From assembly GCA_047495785.1 (NCBI GenBank), contig JBLDXI010000032.1:2976001-3040000 (forward strand): a stretch of 64,000 nucleotides of DNA, in the 5' to 3' direction. Numbering within the stretch: position 1 is the first letter of the stretch; each line of letters opens with the position of its first letter. Below the pieces are notes generated by a model that saw nothing but the letters and a program-made list of their open reading frames with translations, was not told where the DNA came from and did not search any database. A program made the position numbers and the translations under genes. Origin of the DNA: Lepidodermella squamata. Taxonomy: Eukaryota > Animalia > Gastrotricha. Below, in pieces: positions 13,601 through 26,578 of the stretch.

Positions 13601-13932
13601 GCTGTACATTTTTGGCAACATCGCAGGATTCAGCTTCAACATTTTCGAAAAAACTAGCTTCCTGGCAGGGTATCGAATGTTGGAAACAGCGTTGGAAACA
13701 GGTCGACCGGCGCCGTTCCCGGTCCGTTCCAGGTCCGGTATGGGTCTCAAAAAACGCCACCGGTAGGCCGGGAAAAGTGGAATTTTCAACTTAGCAGGCT
13801 GGGCGTGGGAAAAATGAAAAAAAAACGCATTGCCTGTGAAATAATTAGGTACGTTTTATTCGCTAAATTTTCCAGAATTTCTCCAATTCTCTATATTTTT
13901 CCGAAATTGTTTCGATATTTCACAATATTTAC

Positions 13933-14380
13933 CTGTGTGATGTTGTGTATGGCCTTTGTTGAAACCATTTTGGCAGTTTGACGCCTTCACACGTGGGCGA
14001 TCGCCGTTGCTGGAGCATTGGCTTTCAACAGCAGCTTGACCTGCTGTTTCTCTTTATCGTTGAGTCGGCGGACAAATGCGAAACGTGCGAATTTAATCGG
14101 GTCGTCGTCGTGCTTGTGGCGGCAAATCAGTTTATTTCACTTCAACGGTGCCGTCACCTCGAATCGCGGTGTTGATAGCCAGCAGGGCAATTTCCGTAAG
14201 GCACCAGGTCCTTACCCTTTCGACTACCCGGTTTCAGCGAAGCGCAACGCATTTTAATAACGTGTGCGCATCGGCGAGCGAATACGGCGGTGGGCTTCAG
14301 TTGACTTGAATCGCATAGGTTGCCGAGTTTCAATGATATGTTCTAGGTGCTCGGCTTGGAAAAATGTCGCAAACTTTCAT
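13933..14380 (-). mobile_element. Decayed Mutator/MULE (FAR1/ZSWIM3-type) transposase N-terminal relic
   Basis: Minus frame ...HKHDDDPIKFARFAFVRRLNDKEKQQVKLLLKANAPATAIAHV*RRQTAKMVSTKAIHNITQ fits the HxH...RRL...K.V..KDIHN pattern of MULE transposases; internal stops. Confidence 0.5.
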
Positions 14381-14571
14381 CTTTATAACTTAAAAATCAT
14401 TATAGCAATTGATATAGCCGTTATGATTTCATCTCATCTTTTGCATTCTCTCACCTTCCTGCTCTTTTCAGATAGGGCGCACCTAATCCAGCTTAACAAT
14501 ATTGCTTGAATGATGACATTATTCAAAACGCGGTCATTTTATGTAAAATTAAATAGATTTGGACAGAGATT

Positions 14572-14715
14572 TACGGCGCCCGGCGAATTTACTGGCTTAG
14601 CGAAAAGGTGGCGCCAACGCTGGTCACTTTTACCGATGGTTTCGTTTTCGCTCTCATGACAGCTTCGTCGCTTTTAGCTTGCTTTTCGGTTATGATTGCA
14701 ATTTTATCGAGTTGA
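14572..14715 (+). pseudogene. Duplicated 3' end (M4) of LGIC2
   Basis: Near-identical to 10536-10679; left edge of a tandem duplication. Confidence 0.85.
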
Positions 14716-14866
14716 ATAACAACGCCTATACCCTTGAAAATTAATCAAAAGAACCAAGTCAAATAAAGTTCTCGAATGTTAGCATCCGAAGTTTCAATCA
14801 ATACGTAGTAGCAACAACTTGTTTGACGCTTGAATATATTTAACCTCAAGATTTATACCTATTGAG

Positions 14867-16868
14867 ATGATTTTTCCCTTGATATCATGCTTATCTATAT
14901 TTTTAATAAGCGTTGCTGCCTCAGATGAAAAAAACTTAAACTGCGAATCAGCAAGTAAAAAAATTCAATGGCAGTCCGGAGAAAATGATTAATGAGATTA
15001 TTTTTCTGGTCTCAGATGTCACGGAGAACGATGTATTCCAGCTGCTGGAAGATATAAATCCTCGTTACAGAAAGGATGCGAGGCCCATTCGTAACCCACT
15101 GAAACCGATCTTGGTCACGTTGGAACTAATACTTTACAGCATCGAAGATTTTGTGAATTTTTCAAACTGCTTATTATGCCTGTTATTTTCATTGGTTTTT
15201 GTAAAAAATAGGATGAACTCCGGGGCGATGTGATTTTCCGAGGATTCTTTATATTGGTAAACTCTTATTTCATGAAATTTCATGACGCTGTTCTTCCAAA
15301 TAATTAGGGTAAGGTTGCCTAAATCTGCATAAACACTTTTATCAAACGCTTTTCATTCCATAAGAACAGAGTTCTTCGGGCTCATGTTTTGGCAATAAAC
15401 AGTAAAAACCCATTCCAGTAATCCCACTAAATTCAACGGCGCTTAGTTTTTTGATATTCCCGATCGACTTCGATTATCGATTCCGATTTTTTCTATCAAT
15501 TTTTACAGCGAAATTATGATATTGGGGATTTAATAGGAATTTAGGAAATTTTGAGTTTCTGCGCAGGAAGCTCTGCATGTTTTGCAGTCCTGCATAATTA
15601 TCAGGCAAATTTTTTGATAGAATAATTTTACAGCGTTGGACGGACGAGTTTCTCGTTTGGAACAATCACTTTCCGCATTCCTGTGTAACATGGTTAACGA
15701 TAACTGATAGCCGACCAATCTGGCGACCGACGGTCTCTATTGTTAGCAACAAGGAGCTGGAAGTAAGGCAACAAATCGAGGCTGGCCAAGTAGTACTAAA
15801 TAGCGATGGCGTGGCCGCAATTTTCCCTAATGGCCTTTTTTCTACGAGCTGCGAGGTTGACGTGACCTACTTTCCGTTTGACACGCAAACGTGTTCTATC
15901 TACGTCGAGGACGTGTTGTTCTCCGTTGACACTTTTATAATCGTACTTGCTGATCCGCCATTCTCTCCAGACCCTCACTATTGGGAAGAAAACAGAATGT
16001 GGCGGATAGTAAGCAACAAATCGCAAATATCTAATGTATATTATGACCCTTTTGACTATACTCGAGCCATCTTTACCTTGGAATTGCGGCGGAAACCACT
16101 ATTTTTCGCCGTCAACATCGTATTGCCTGGCTTGGTCATCTCAGCGGTTGAATTGGTTGTATTCACCCTGCCTAAAGTTGACGTGACCAGGCTTTATCTG
16201 TCACTGAGTTGTTTATTGTCCTATTCAATTTACCAGGTAATGTTTCGCCGGAATCTCCGCAAGACAATTTTATTCGATTTTCCTTGAATTTCAGGCAATG
16301 ATCTTCGGTGATTTGCCGCGAAATGGCAACACTGTTCCACTTATTTCAATTTACATCGCCCTACAGATGGCTTACATAGGTGTGATTGTAATTTTAGGCG
16401 AGGGTATCATTTTTCTGATATCCAACATGGCGTCATCGACAACACAGGCCATGGTAATAATATTTTCTCCGAGATTCCGCTGTAATTTTATTACTTGTAC
16501 TTTAAAAGGTTAAACCGCCGGCTTGTTTGTTCAAAGTACTGATACTACTCGGCAGGCTGGTGTTTGTTCGGTGCGAAAGCGATTTGATAACTGCGTATCG
16601 CATGAGTGAAATCGATGGCAAGGCCCTTGTTTACGGAAAAATGTCTGAAGCCGTGTTTGCCTTCAGCTACACGACTACAAAGGGTGCGTTTTACCGGAGA
16701 AAGAAACCAGCAGGATCCAACGGGGAACTGTCCGATAACGAACTGGTCGGAAACCGCATTTGGATGTTCATGACAACTGTCATCGATCGCTACATATTGC
16801 TGTGGTACTTATTGACGACGTTACTGACGCCAATCGGACTTTTTATCTTATTACCTACTAAACACTGA
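14867..16868 (+). CDS. Cys-loop LGIC subunit 4 (recent duplicate of subunit 3)
   Basis: Same exon structure as LGIC3; CEVDVTYFPFDTQTC; TM region almost identical to LGIC3. Confidence 0.9.
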
Positions 16869-17101
16869 AAAAGGCGGCTTATTTTATGTAGCTTTGATTT
16901 CAGCTTGAGTTTGCGGTTCTCTTTTTAAGAAAAACCAATTATTAGTAAATATTGAGTCGTTTTTTTAATATTGCGATGACTCATTACTTCATTTTCTTTC
17001 ACGAATGTTTACCGAACCCATCTATGAAAATATTGTCACACTATTAGCTCGCTATTCTTCGGAATAAAACGCCGCATTTCTTACTTCTTTGCGCCTAAAA
17101 A

Positions 17102-19052
17102 ATGAATTTCAAGAGCTTTTCATGTAGCTTTGTCATCCTATGTTTGAGTACATTGACCTCTCAGCAAGATGCCGCTAACGATGACTGTCGCAATTCAAGT
17201 TTAATAACGAATAAAAGGAGGGAATTTTTAGTAATTGCCATGTTTTTTCCGCAGAAATTTCGGAGGCAGACGTGTACGCGTATCTCGCAGCGAAAAATCC
17301 GCACTACAACAGAAATGCGCGACCGAAGCGAAATTGGACCGAGCCTATCGATGTTACCATCTCGTTATTTCTCTACAGCATCGATGAATTCGTAATTTCG
17401 AGCAATTTAACTTCATCTCATGTCATGAATTGCCATAACCAACTAGGATGAACCTACTGCAACGTTAATATTGGATGGTTTTATACATACGGTAATTAAA
17501 ATTTAAAATCCACCTTAAAAATGATATTAGGTTTTATTATTCGTACTTGAACGGCTTTACGCTTACGTAATATTCGAAATTTCTTTACGATAATATTCAG
17601 CATTTAAAACTGAGTAAGGATCCTATCTCATCTAGAAGACTGATATAACTTGGCCTTGCCAAATTTGCAAGAAAAATCAGGAGGCTTTCCCTATTTTCAT
17701 TACGTTTGATCTAAGGTTCGGGACCTTTTAGGTTTCCTGAGCTTTTCAACCCTAATTTCATGTTTTTGCCTGCAAATTTGATTACGACTTTTACGAAAAG
17801 TATGAATATTACGGCTCATTATTATTTGTATTTCAGAAGTGGTATGATGAATTTTACGTTTGGAACGACACGTTTCCCGAGAAATGTGTCGGATGGTTGG
17901 CGATCGATGATTTTCCGATATGGCGACCCGATTTTCGAGTAGCTACAAATCACAGACCGGAATTTAATGCGGAACTCGCGCATTCCAAGGTCATTTTACA
18001 TAGTTCAGGAAAGGCCAAGTACTACCCAAGTGGCTTGATAACCACTAATTGTGAACTCGATATGGCACTATTCCCTTTCGACAGTCAAATGTGCTCCATA
18101 ACAGTCGATTCTTTCCTTATGGATGAAACAATGCAAAAGCTAAAATTGAAAAATAACCCATTCGCTCGTGATAAGTTTCACTGGAAAGAAAACCGACTGT
18201 GGGAACTTGTCGAAAACATCTCCATAATCTCTCCAGTTTGCTACGACGATGAATATACATACAGTCGAGTGCTTTTCAATCTGGTTCTCGCGCGAAAACC
18301 GCTGTTCTACGTAGTGAATGTCATTTTGCCAAGCATTGTTATCGCTCTTGTTGAAATCGTTGTTTTCGCCCTGCCGAAAACTGACGTCACAAGGCTGTAT
18401 CTTTCGATGAATTGCTTGCTGGCCTACTCGGTTTTTCAATCGATGATTCTTGGCGATATGCCGAGAAGTGGCCACAAAACGCCTTTGATAACGATTTACA
18501 TCAACCTCCAAATGGCTTACATTGGAATCAACATCATCCTAGGAGAAGGTTTGGTCTTTATGATTGCAAATAAGGCTGTAACCAAGGAAAAGATGGTAAA
18601 TTTCATGAAGCAAAATGAATTTATTTTTTCATTTAATTGAAAATTAGACTCGACCTCCTGCATGGCTTTACAGAATAGCAAGGAGAATGGGTCCAATAGT
18701 TCTCCATTCATGGCTGCAACAAGAGCGGAAAAGAAGCTTAGGATTCCTCTATCAATCGACCCCGACTTCAGTTTCAACATTCGCGAGTGTTCTATGGACA
18801 ATCCCCATCAACGCCACAGCCCTCCCGATACCAGATCGAAAGAAAAGCATTGTTGTACTCGAGCAGAACGACGTGTTGAATGACGAGATGAAAGGCGCTA
18901 ATAATCGCGCGTGGCTTTTTATTGCCGAGGTCATCGACCGGTGCATTTTCACATTTTATGTCGCATCTCTTGTAATTATCCCTATCATGCTTTTTCTTGT
19001 GGCCCCGCCTCTAGCTAAGGCCATCAATCCACCATATCTCAGGAGCGAGTGA
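17102..19052 (+). CDS. Cys-loop LGIC subunit 5
   Basis: Signal peptide, YNRNARP, IWRPDF, CELDMALFPFDSQMC, M1-M4. Confidence 0.9.
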
Positions 19053-19250
19053 CGATGGCATTTATATCGATCTTTTAGTTATTTAGTTTAATCAATACAA
19101 AATTGAGGTGGAATTTTCCAGTAATTTTTTAACGTTGTCAAACAAAAAAACTGAAAAAACAGCGGAAGCTTCTGAATATTTGCTTATCCATTGATCGTTA
19201 TAAAATAAAAATCTGCAGGCAGTAATTTTGTCTCTCGACCTCAAAGCTAC

Positions 19251-20902
19251 ATGGTACCTCCGCTGTTGTCCATTAGAAGCGCGATTTCTTTGTGTTTTTT
19301 GCGAGAAATCTTCGCACTTACTAAGTCGCAGTCAATTTCCACAACGTTAAAACCAGCAGTTAATTTAACAGAACTTTGCCAGCCGATAAGTGAGTTTAAG
19401 CGATAAAAAATCTAGAAAAAGTTATTGAAAATTCAATTGCATAGATCACATTTCTGAAAGCGATATTTTCGCCTATTTGGAACAGCAAAACCCAACTTAT
19501 AGAGCGGAGGCAAGGCCGAAGAAAAATGCCCGCGAGCCTGTTGTAGTAACAATATCTATGTATTTGATGGCGATTAAAGATTTCGTATGAGTTTTCATTT
19601 TTTCCGTTTAATTCATTCAAAAGTAGTTTTAATAGGTTGAACATGACGGGACGCTTATTTTGGATGGCTACATGTCCCTATCGTGGTATGACGACTACCT
19701 GGTTTGGAATCACAGTTACCCTCATAATTGCGTGGGTTGGGTCGTTTACCGCGAACGAGTATGGCACCCTGATGTATTATTCACTACTAATACGTAGGCT
19801 ATTTCTGACCTTAACAGCCTCCAATTTTTCGTAAATATATTTTACAAAGAGTCGGAGAGATTCGTGATGAATTGATGAACGGCAAGGTGATGGTTTTTAG
19901 CGATGGTCGATCTGAATCTTACCCAGCTGGGCAAATAACTAGCAATTGCGAGCTGGATCTCGTGCTATTTCCTTTTGATGTTCAGGTCTGAAAACTCATG
20001 ATAGTCGAAGATTTTAATTCCTCCATTGCTCAGAGGTGTGATATAACGCTTGATAGTTGGAATTACGACGCGAGCCAAATGTCGCTTGTCGCCGGTTCCG
20101 AGCGCATTTACCGCGTCGATAATTTTTGGGTTGAAAACCGGCAATGGGAGATAATCGACAACTTTTCGACTGTGCTATCCGTTGATTACTCGAGCGCTGT
20201 GCCTTACCACAGGGGCTTTTTCAGCCTCCTCCTTAAACGGAAACCTCTCTTCTTCTACGTCAACGTCATAATACCCGGCATTCTTATAGCCGTTGTAGAA
20301 CTGGTCATTTTCGTACTGCCGAATACTGAAGTTGCGAAAATAGCGATTTCAGTCACGTGCCTACTGGCGTATTCCGTTTTTCAAAGTATGGTACTTAGCG
20401 ACCACCATCTCGTGAGAGTACGTAGATGGGCTACATTTGGAATAATTGCCATTCTTGAGAGGGCATTATTGATAATGATCGGAGGGGTAGTACACATTCG
20501 TGAGAGTACGTAGATGGGCTACATTGGAAATGCATTCTGGGGGGCGTTTTCTATCTCTGCCACAGAACTGCTTCGATTAAGGTGGGTTTGTGATTTATTC
20601 GATTTGTTTCTTACTGTTTTCCTATTATCTCATCATAGCATGGTCCTTCGGTTCGTACTCTCAATTTTTTCGTTCGACTGGGTCGAATATTCGCGATTGA
20701 AGTTCCGGAAGACAGCGTTGTCGAAAAAGCAGCGGATGATCAGCTGAACATGATGCAATGGCAATACATTGCCGACGTGCTTGATAGACTGATGTTCTGG
20801 GCGTATTTGCTCGCCATTATCATTACGCCATTAGTTTTATTCATGATTTTACCCGGGTTGATGACTCAACTAGACTCACTTCCGAGACCAAATACAGATT
20901 GA
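19251..20902 (+). pseudogene. Cys-loop LGIC subunit 6, disrupted at M2-M3 (pseudogene or assembly error)
   Basis: Intact ECD (CELDLVLFPFDVQ|RC, DSWNYD) and M1/M2; after SMVLSD the M2-M3 loop is replaced by sequence carrying a 27-bp direct repeat (20411/20499) and an in-frame stop; the M4 exon (IADVLDRLMFWAY) is present. Confidence 0.75.
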
Positions 20903-20964
20903 AAATATAAAATAAACATTCGATAATGGTGGAATGTCAAAAACAGCTGGAATTTTCGAAAATT

Positions 20965-22555
20965 ATGGTCGCAAATCTTTTTTTGATAATTTTCTTACCT
21001 ATCGTTTTATTAAACGCTGAAGACGACCCGAGAGCAGCAGAATGCAGTTCCGAACGTAAATGTTGAATATGTCGATATTCTGTGTTTAATTTTAGCAAAC
21101 AGTAGTTACGGAATTCGAACTGCTCAAGTATCTTGAGAGGAAAGCTCCCGACTATACAAGCCGCGACGCAAGGCCAAAGAAAAACGCTTCGCAGCCAGTT
21201 GAAGTTCTTGTAGCTTTACAGCTTTACAGCATTAAAGATTTCGTAAGTTGAAGCCCAATTTATAAGAAATTTGTTGAATTTTGAGTTCAAAAGAATGAAC
21301 CAGATGGAACTTTGATTCTAGACGCGTTCCTTTCTCTGGTAAATATCGATATTAAAATTCAGCAAGTTAGTTTGATTACGTTTCAGAGGTGGTATGATGA
21401 ATATTTAACATGGAACGAATCTTATCCTCACTTGTGCATCGCTTGGCTGCTGATCAAAGATCGACCGATTTGGCGGCCCGATGTAAGAATTACGACGAGC
21501 CATGACGCCGAATTTGATGACAAACTTCAACGCGGGCCTCTTCAAATATCAAGTGATGGATTCGTTGATTTTTACCCCGATGGCCTCCTCACGCCTAGTT
21601 GCGAGCTGGATTTGACCCTTTTCCCGTTTGATACACAAATATGCCAGATTGAAATCGACTCTTTTCTATATGATGTTACGTCCCAGACTTTAGCCATAGA
21701 CTATTCGCCCTTCACCAAAGTCAACAATGGCTGGAAGGAGAATCGAATGTGGGAAATTCTAGACAATTCGACCCTGCACGAAGTCATCAAATTCACGGGC
21801 GAGACTGAGTACCACCGAATCAGCTTTCATCTACTCCTCAAACGAAAGCCATTATTCTTCTACATAAACGTCATCATCCCGAGCTTAGTCATCGCTGTTG
21901 TCGAACTTGTCATATTTTTCCTGCCAAACAACGAAATTGGCAAATTATCGATATCAGTCACGTGCCTGCTTGCCTACTCGGTGTTTCAGGTAAGGAATTT
22001 CGCGAGAAATTACTATTTTTAAGGAGGATTTTTTATAGTCGATGATTTTGAGCGATATGCCTCGAAGTGGCAACAGCGCACCTTTATTATCTATCTACAT
22101 TGACTTACAAATGATAAATATCGGTGTTGTTACTATTCTCGGCGAAGGTCTTGTATTTCTAATCACGACAAAAGCTCTCAACTCTAGAATGGTAACTTTT
22201 TTCCCGAATCTAACACTGAAATATGACAGTTGAAATACAATTTCAGAACAGCCCGCCGCATTGGCTTCTCGTGTGGGCCAAAGCCGCTGGTATGTTTACG
22301 CTTCATCCGTGGCAGAAGATTCAGGAGAATCTGAAAACGGGCTTGCATCGACTCGCTTCGATTGAGCCGCAGCCGCTAGCGAAGGAGACGCGGCGCAATT
22401 ACGTGCAAAATCAAACTTGGATCTACGTTGCTGAGGTCTTGGATCGGTGCATTTTACTCATCTATTCAGCGCTAATATTGTTCACACCGCTAGCTATGTT
22501 CGCAATTTACCCTCTAGTTATGAAACCAGAACAAAAATTACCGGTGGGAAAATAG
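20965..22555 (+). CDS. Cys-loop LGIC subunit 7
   Basis: Signal peptide, SRDARP, IWRPDV, CELDLTLFPFDTQIC, M1-M4. Confidence 0.9.
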
Positions 22556-22586
22556 AATAGAAGTAAAAAGACAGTGTGTTGTAGTT

Positions 22587-23035
22587 TCAGTGCTTTTCAT
22601 TGAAAAATGATCTGTAGAAAGAGCTCATGTGGTTTCTAGCAGCGACTCGCGCCCACAGGTAGAAAGGCTCGGGGCTTGAGTTTGAACAAATTTCAGCCGA
22701 CAACATTTGGCTACATTCGCGGAATCGGCGCAGCTTTTCATAGCGCAGAACGTGCCGTAGCAGCTCCTTAGCCTTGGCCCAGCCAAGCTTTGAAAGTAAG
22801 CGCCAGAAAATTTCTAATAAAATAAATTATTAAGCTAGAATTAAGTCAACGAAGAATTAAACAAACTTTTTCGTAAAACTGCCTCCAGCTTATGAATCTT
22901 ATCAGCAAAATTCGGAGCTTGGAGCTTCTGGAACACGGGTTGGGCAAGCTTATTTGCCTTGATTTCAACAAAACTTGCAAAGATAGCTATCAAAGCTATG
23001 ACTAATATTTGCTTCATATTTCTTGAAAATGTCAT
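22587..23035 (-). CDS. Small secreted protein A (PFYxWARxAA family), 2 exons
   Basis: Signal MKQILVIALIAIFASFVEIKA; exon 2 IFWRLLSKLGWAKAKELLRHVLRYEKLRRFRECSQMLSAEICSNSSPEPFYLWARVAARNHMSSFYRSFFNEKH*. Confidence 0.8.
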
Positions 23036-24883
23036 CTCGGTCTTGAGTTTCGAACTCTTTTTATACGCTATCAGGTGAGATGTCCGCGATCGTAAACAAG
23101 ACGACGATGATGTTTATCCTGATAAAACGTCGTCCACATATTGAATATTGAATAGCTGCCAGTTTATCCGAACCCCCGCGTTTTCCCGCGAATGCGTCAG
23201 CTAAACATTTAGAAAACTGCAGTAAATTTGATTTATGACTGGCTGCGATACTCATCGTGTGATTAATTAAGCGCATTAGTAAGAACTAATCTGACAGCAG
23301 ACACACGAGAAGTCACGTGTTTTCGCGCGCCGCATCTCCGCAGATTTCTTTAACGGGAAGGCTATAAGCCTGTTTTCATTTCCGTAAAAGCATTTGTTGT
23401 GATATTATCGGATAGAAATCAAATTAAACATGTGTTTTTTGCTACCCATGGCGACGCTTCAATGATTATATCGCTCGTGCGGAACACTTCACTCAGACGA
23501 TTAAATTAGTAAATAAAAAAATAATTGCCGCTTGTTGTTGTTGCGGTGTCCGGTGTTGTTTCAATCGCATCAGAGGTATTTACATTTTAAGCGGGAAATG
23601 TCTCAATTGATTATCCTGTATTCAAGTTTAAATGCTTCGACCTCGATTTTTTCTCGCAACTCCAGGCACGGATATTACGTTTCTTCTCAATGTTGTAACA
23701 GCGCGTGATTTTTGTGGGTCATGTGCGATTTGAAGCTGCATCGAAAGATGGCGTTTTCTTTAGAAAATTGATAATTTCAAGGTAGCAGCCGTAATATTAT
23801 TGTCGACCGCGAAATAGGGCGAAAGGTCTTTATTTCGCTCAACTTGTACTTCTGACGAAGCCTGAAGCACGTTCTTCATCGCACCGAGTTGAGCAATTTG
23901 AGGGTAAAGTTGGGTAAAAACATCGATTTGTTCGCCTCGTGACTGGAAATCAACGCAGGAATAAGTACGGCTGCGACGGATAACCTGAAAATTTACAGTT
24001 AGAATTGTCGCCGAAATTGCCGAAAATTCAATGACCTATTTGCGGCTGATCCTGTGCCCAATGGGTGCATTGGGCCTTAGGCCCCATATCTATATCCTTA
24101 TCAGATAGCCCGCCTCGAGTTTCAACTCGCCATTTTCGGCGATCGTTTTTATAATGTTCACCGAGAAGAGGCGCGGAAAGCTGCAGAAATTCGCATTTTT
24201 CAATGCAAAATTTTTCAAAAAATGGGTGACCTTCGCGCATCACCCTGGTCGTATAATAGGTGACCTGATTACCTCTTCTACCAAGGACACAAAAAATGTG
24301 TAGTTCTGCAGCCATCGTTTTAGGGGATAGGTAAGGCAGTTCCATCAAAACATTCGGAGGTCTGCGGTTCAACTCGACCTGCTGCATGGAAATTTCATGA
24401 CTTTATTCGGATGATTCCTGTAAGAAATCGCAAGCTGCGAATGATTCGTCAGCAACTAAAAGTGGGGAATCTGCGATTCGCGATGTCTTTAGCTTTAGCA
24501 ACGATGAATTGAAACCGCCGGCGAATTGAAGTAATAAAATCATTACGAATATAAAGAAAACCGTCTCATCAGGCTGATTTGCGCGCATTTGCGCGCACTT
24601 ATACCTTTGTGCGGAAACTGTTTTCATTTACATTTTTCTCGCAAGAAATCCACATCCATTAGCTAAGAATGAATCGAAGACGAATCCCATGTTGATAACT
24701 GTGAGAAAGATCGTTTCACATTTAGGCGCCACGAGTCATTCGATGAATGGCTGGTACTTTCCGACCAGCAGCAGACGGTTTAGCCAATATGATTTGATGG
24801 CTGTGCTGGTTGGAGGAGGCTCTGATGGTTCGGCCTTGTCGCGTTTGAAGACGCACGCTTCAACTTGTAACGAGTTTATACTA

Positions 24884-25084
24884 TCCCAGTCCGGCACGAG
24901 CACTTTTGGCTGATTCGAACAACTCCGAACAATTCGATTTGACCCCTTTGTTCGCCTGTTTTTCAGCATTTTCCAGCCGAACAACTCCGAACAAATCCTT
25001 AAGTGCTCAAAAAGAGGCGAACGGGTCAATTCGAATTGTTCGGAGTTGTTCGAATCAGCCAAAAGTGCTCGTGCCGGACTGGGA
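24884..25084. mobile_element. MITE with ~60-bp TIRs, TA TSD
   Basis: TA|TCCCAGTCCGGCACGAGCACTTTTGGCTGATTCGAACAACTCCG ... CGGAGTTGTTCGAATCAGCCAAAAGTGCTCGTGCCGGACTGGGA|TA. Confidence 0.85.
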
Positions 25085-25514
25085 TACGATGATTTAGAAT
25101 TGTGTTCGCCCTTTTCGGGCATGTTCGCCCACTTCCGTAGCTCACCTTGAAATGCAAAGATATGTAGAATGCTATGTAGAAGACTTCAATGCCCGAAGAC
25201 CTAGGACACGGGAAAATCCATCACCAGCTACTTGAGCCTACGAGCTATACCCGAAATTCTGGGAAGAATGAAAGAACGCGCCCTCTGGGTTGAAGTAGAT
25301 TATTCTAAATAAGACGCATAGTCCTAAGTAAGATGAATTCTTGCGAGCCATTCTGAGCATCCTTCATCATTCGCATACGATTTTGAAAATTTATTATTTT
25401 ACAGCAAAACATGATAGAAATATCAACAAACAAAAAAAATAATAATTTTCTCAAATGTAACCGAGGTAGGGGAGAGATGAATAACAGTACAATTGCTAAA
25501 AAACCACCGGGTAT

Positions 25515-25953
25515 TCATTCAGTGAACAAATCTTCGTTGATGAATTGATGAGCAGCAATTCGCGCCCAGAGGTAGAACGGCAAAGGACTACGATCCGTGC
25601 AAATGTCCCGCGGCAAGTACTGCGAGCAGACCTTCAATCGTCGCTTTTTCTCCATTTTGTACAGATGCCGGAATATTACATAGGTCTTACTCGGTCCGAG
25701 GGCTTTGATTAGATGCAAAATATTCTCTGAAACAAAATATAAATAATAAAGCCTAGCCCTAATTATTTCGCAACGTGATATACTTACTTTTCTTAAAAAG
25801 CATCTCCAACACGTTAATTTTGCGCTCGAAGACCGGGTTGAATTTTCGCGCCTTGTTGAATAGCGACGGCGAAGCCTTGCGAGCATCGTTAAGCCAAGCG
25901 AGACTCGATGTCACGAGTGCGATCATCATGTAATACATGTAACATCTAAGCAT
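25515..25953 (-). CDS. Small secreted protein B (same family), 2 exons
   Basis: Signal MMIALVTSSLA; C-terminus KKRRLKVCSQYLPRDICTDRSPLPFYLWARIAAHQF. Confidence 0.8.
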
Positions 25954-26578
25954 GCTTCTCGGCTCAGAAACTGAATGAGTATAGCAACGCGGCTCGTGAT
26001 CAGGCCTTTTAAGCCCTTGAAAATGCGGCTAAAAACTCATATTAAAATTAACCGCATTTAAATTTACGATTATTTATTTTTATAACTTGTTTTTAACCTG
26101 TGTGGGTGCTATGAGAAAAGCGTTAATATTAACAAAAAAATTGGGCAATAATTGGGCGATTAAGGCATCAAGTGCCAGACAAGTAATTTATTTGTCAAAT
26201 AGTTTCGGATTTTTTTGATACGCATGAGGCCTTGAGTATTCTGCCCAATTTACCTAAAATTGAAAACAAAAACACTTTATTTATGCTGTTCGCGTTTCCC
26301 GCTCAGGTGACGTAGTTTTTTTTACCCTAACGATGGACTTCAAGTGCAAACGTTTTTATAGCTAGAACATGGGTTGTTTTTTTCATCGGCACGTGGAAAC
26401 ATTTTGTTCCGGTCGATTGCCGGCAGACATCACGCAGACATTTAAAACCGTGTCAAAGCTTTCAAAAGATTTTCTCACCTTTCAAACAAAATAGTTCATC
26501 AACATGCCGCGATCATATTTATTTCAATATAGAACTAAAATAATCCTACAATTTCTTGATGTCCTGATGAGTCACCGA

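Noticed and set aside
23500-24880. Coding-looking minus-strand segments around the MITE
   Set aside because: Stops in all frames and no identifiable homology.
24736-25122. ORFs on both strands sharing ADSNNSEQF
   Set aside because: Artefact of the MITE inverted repeats.
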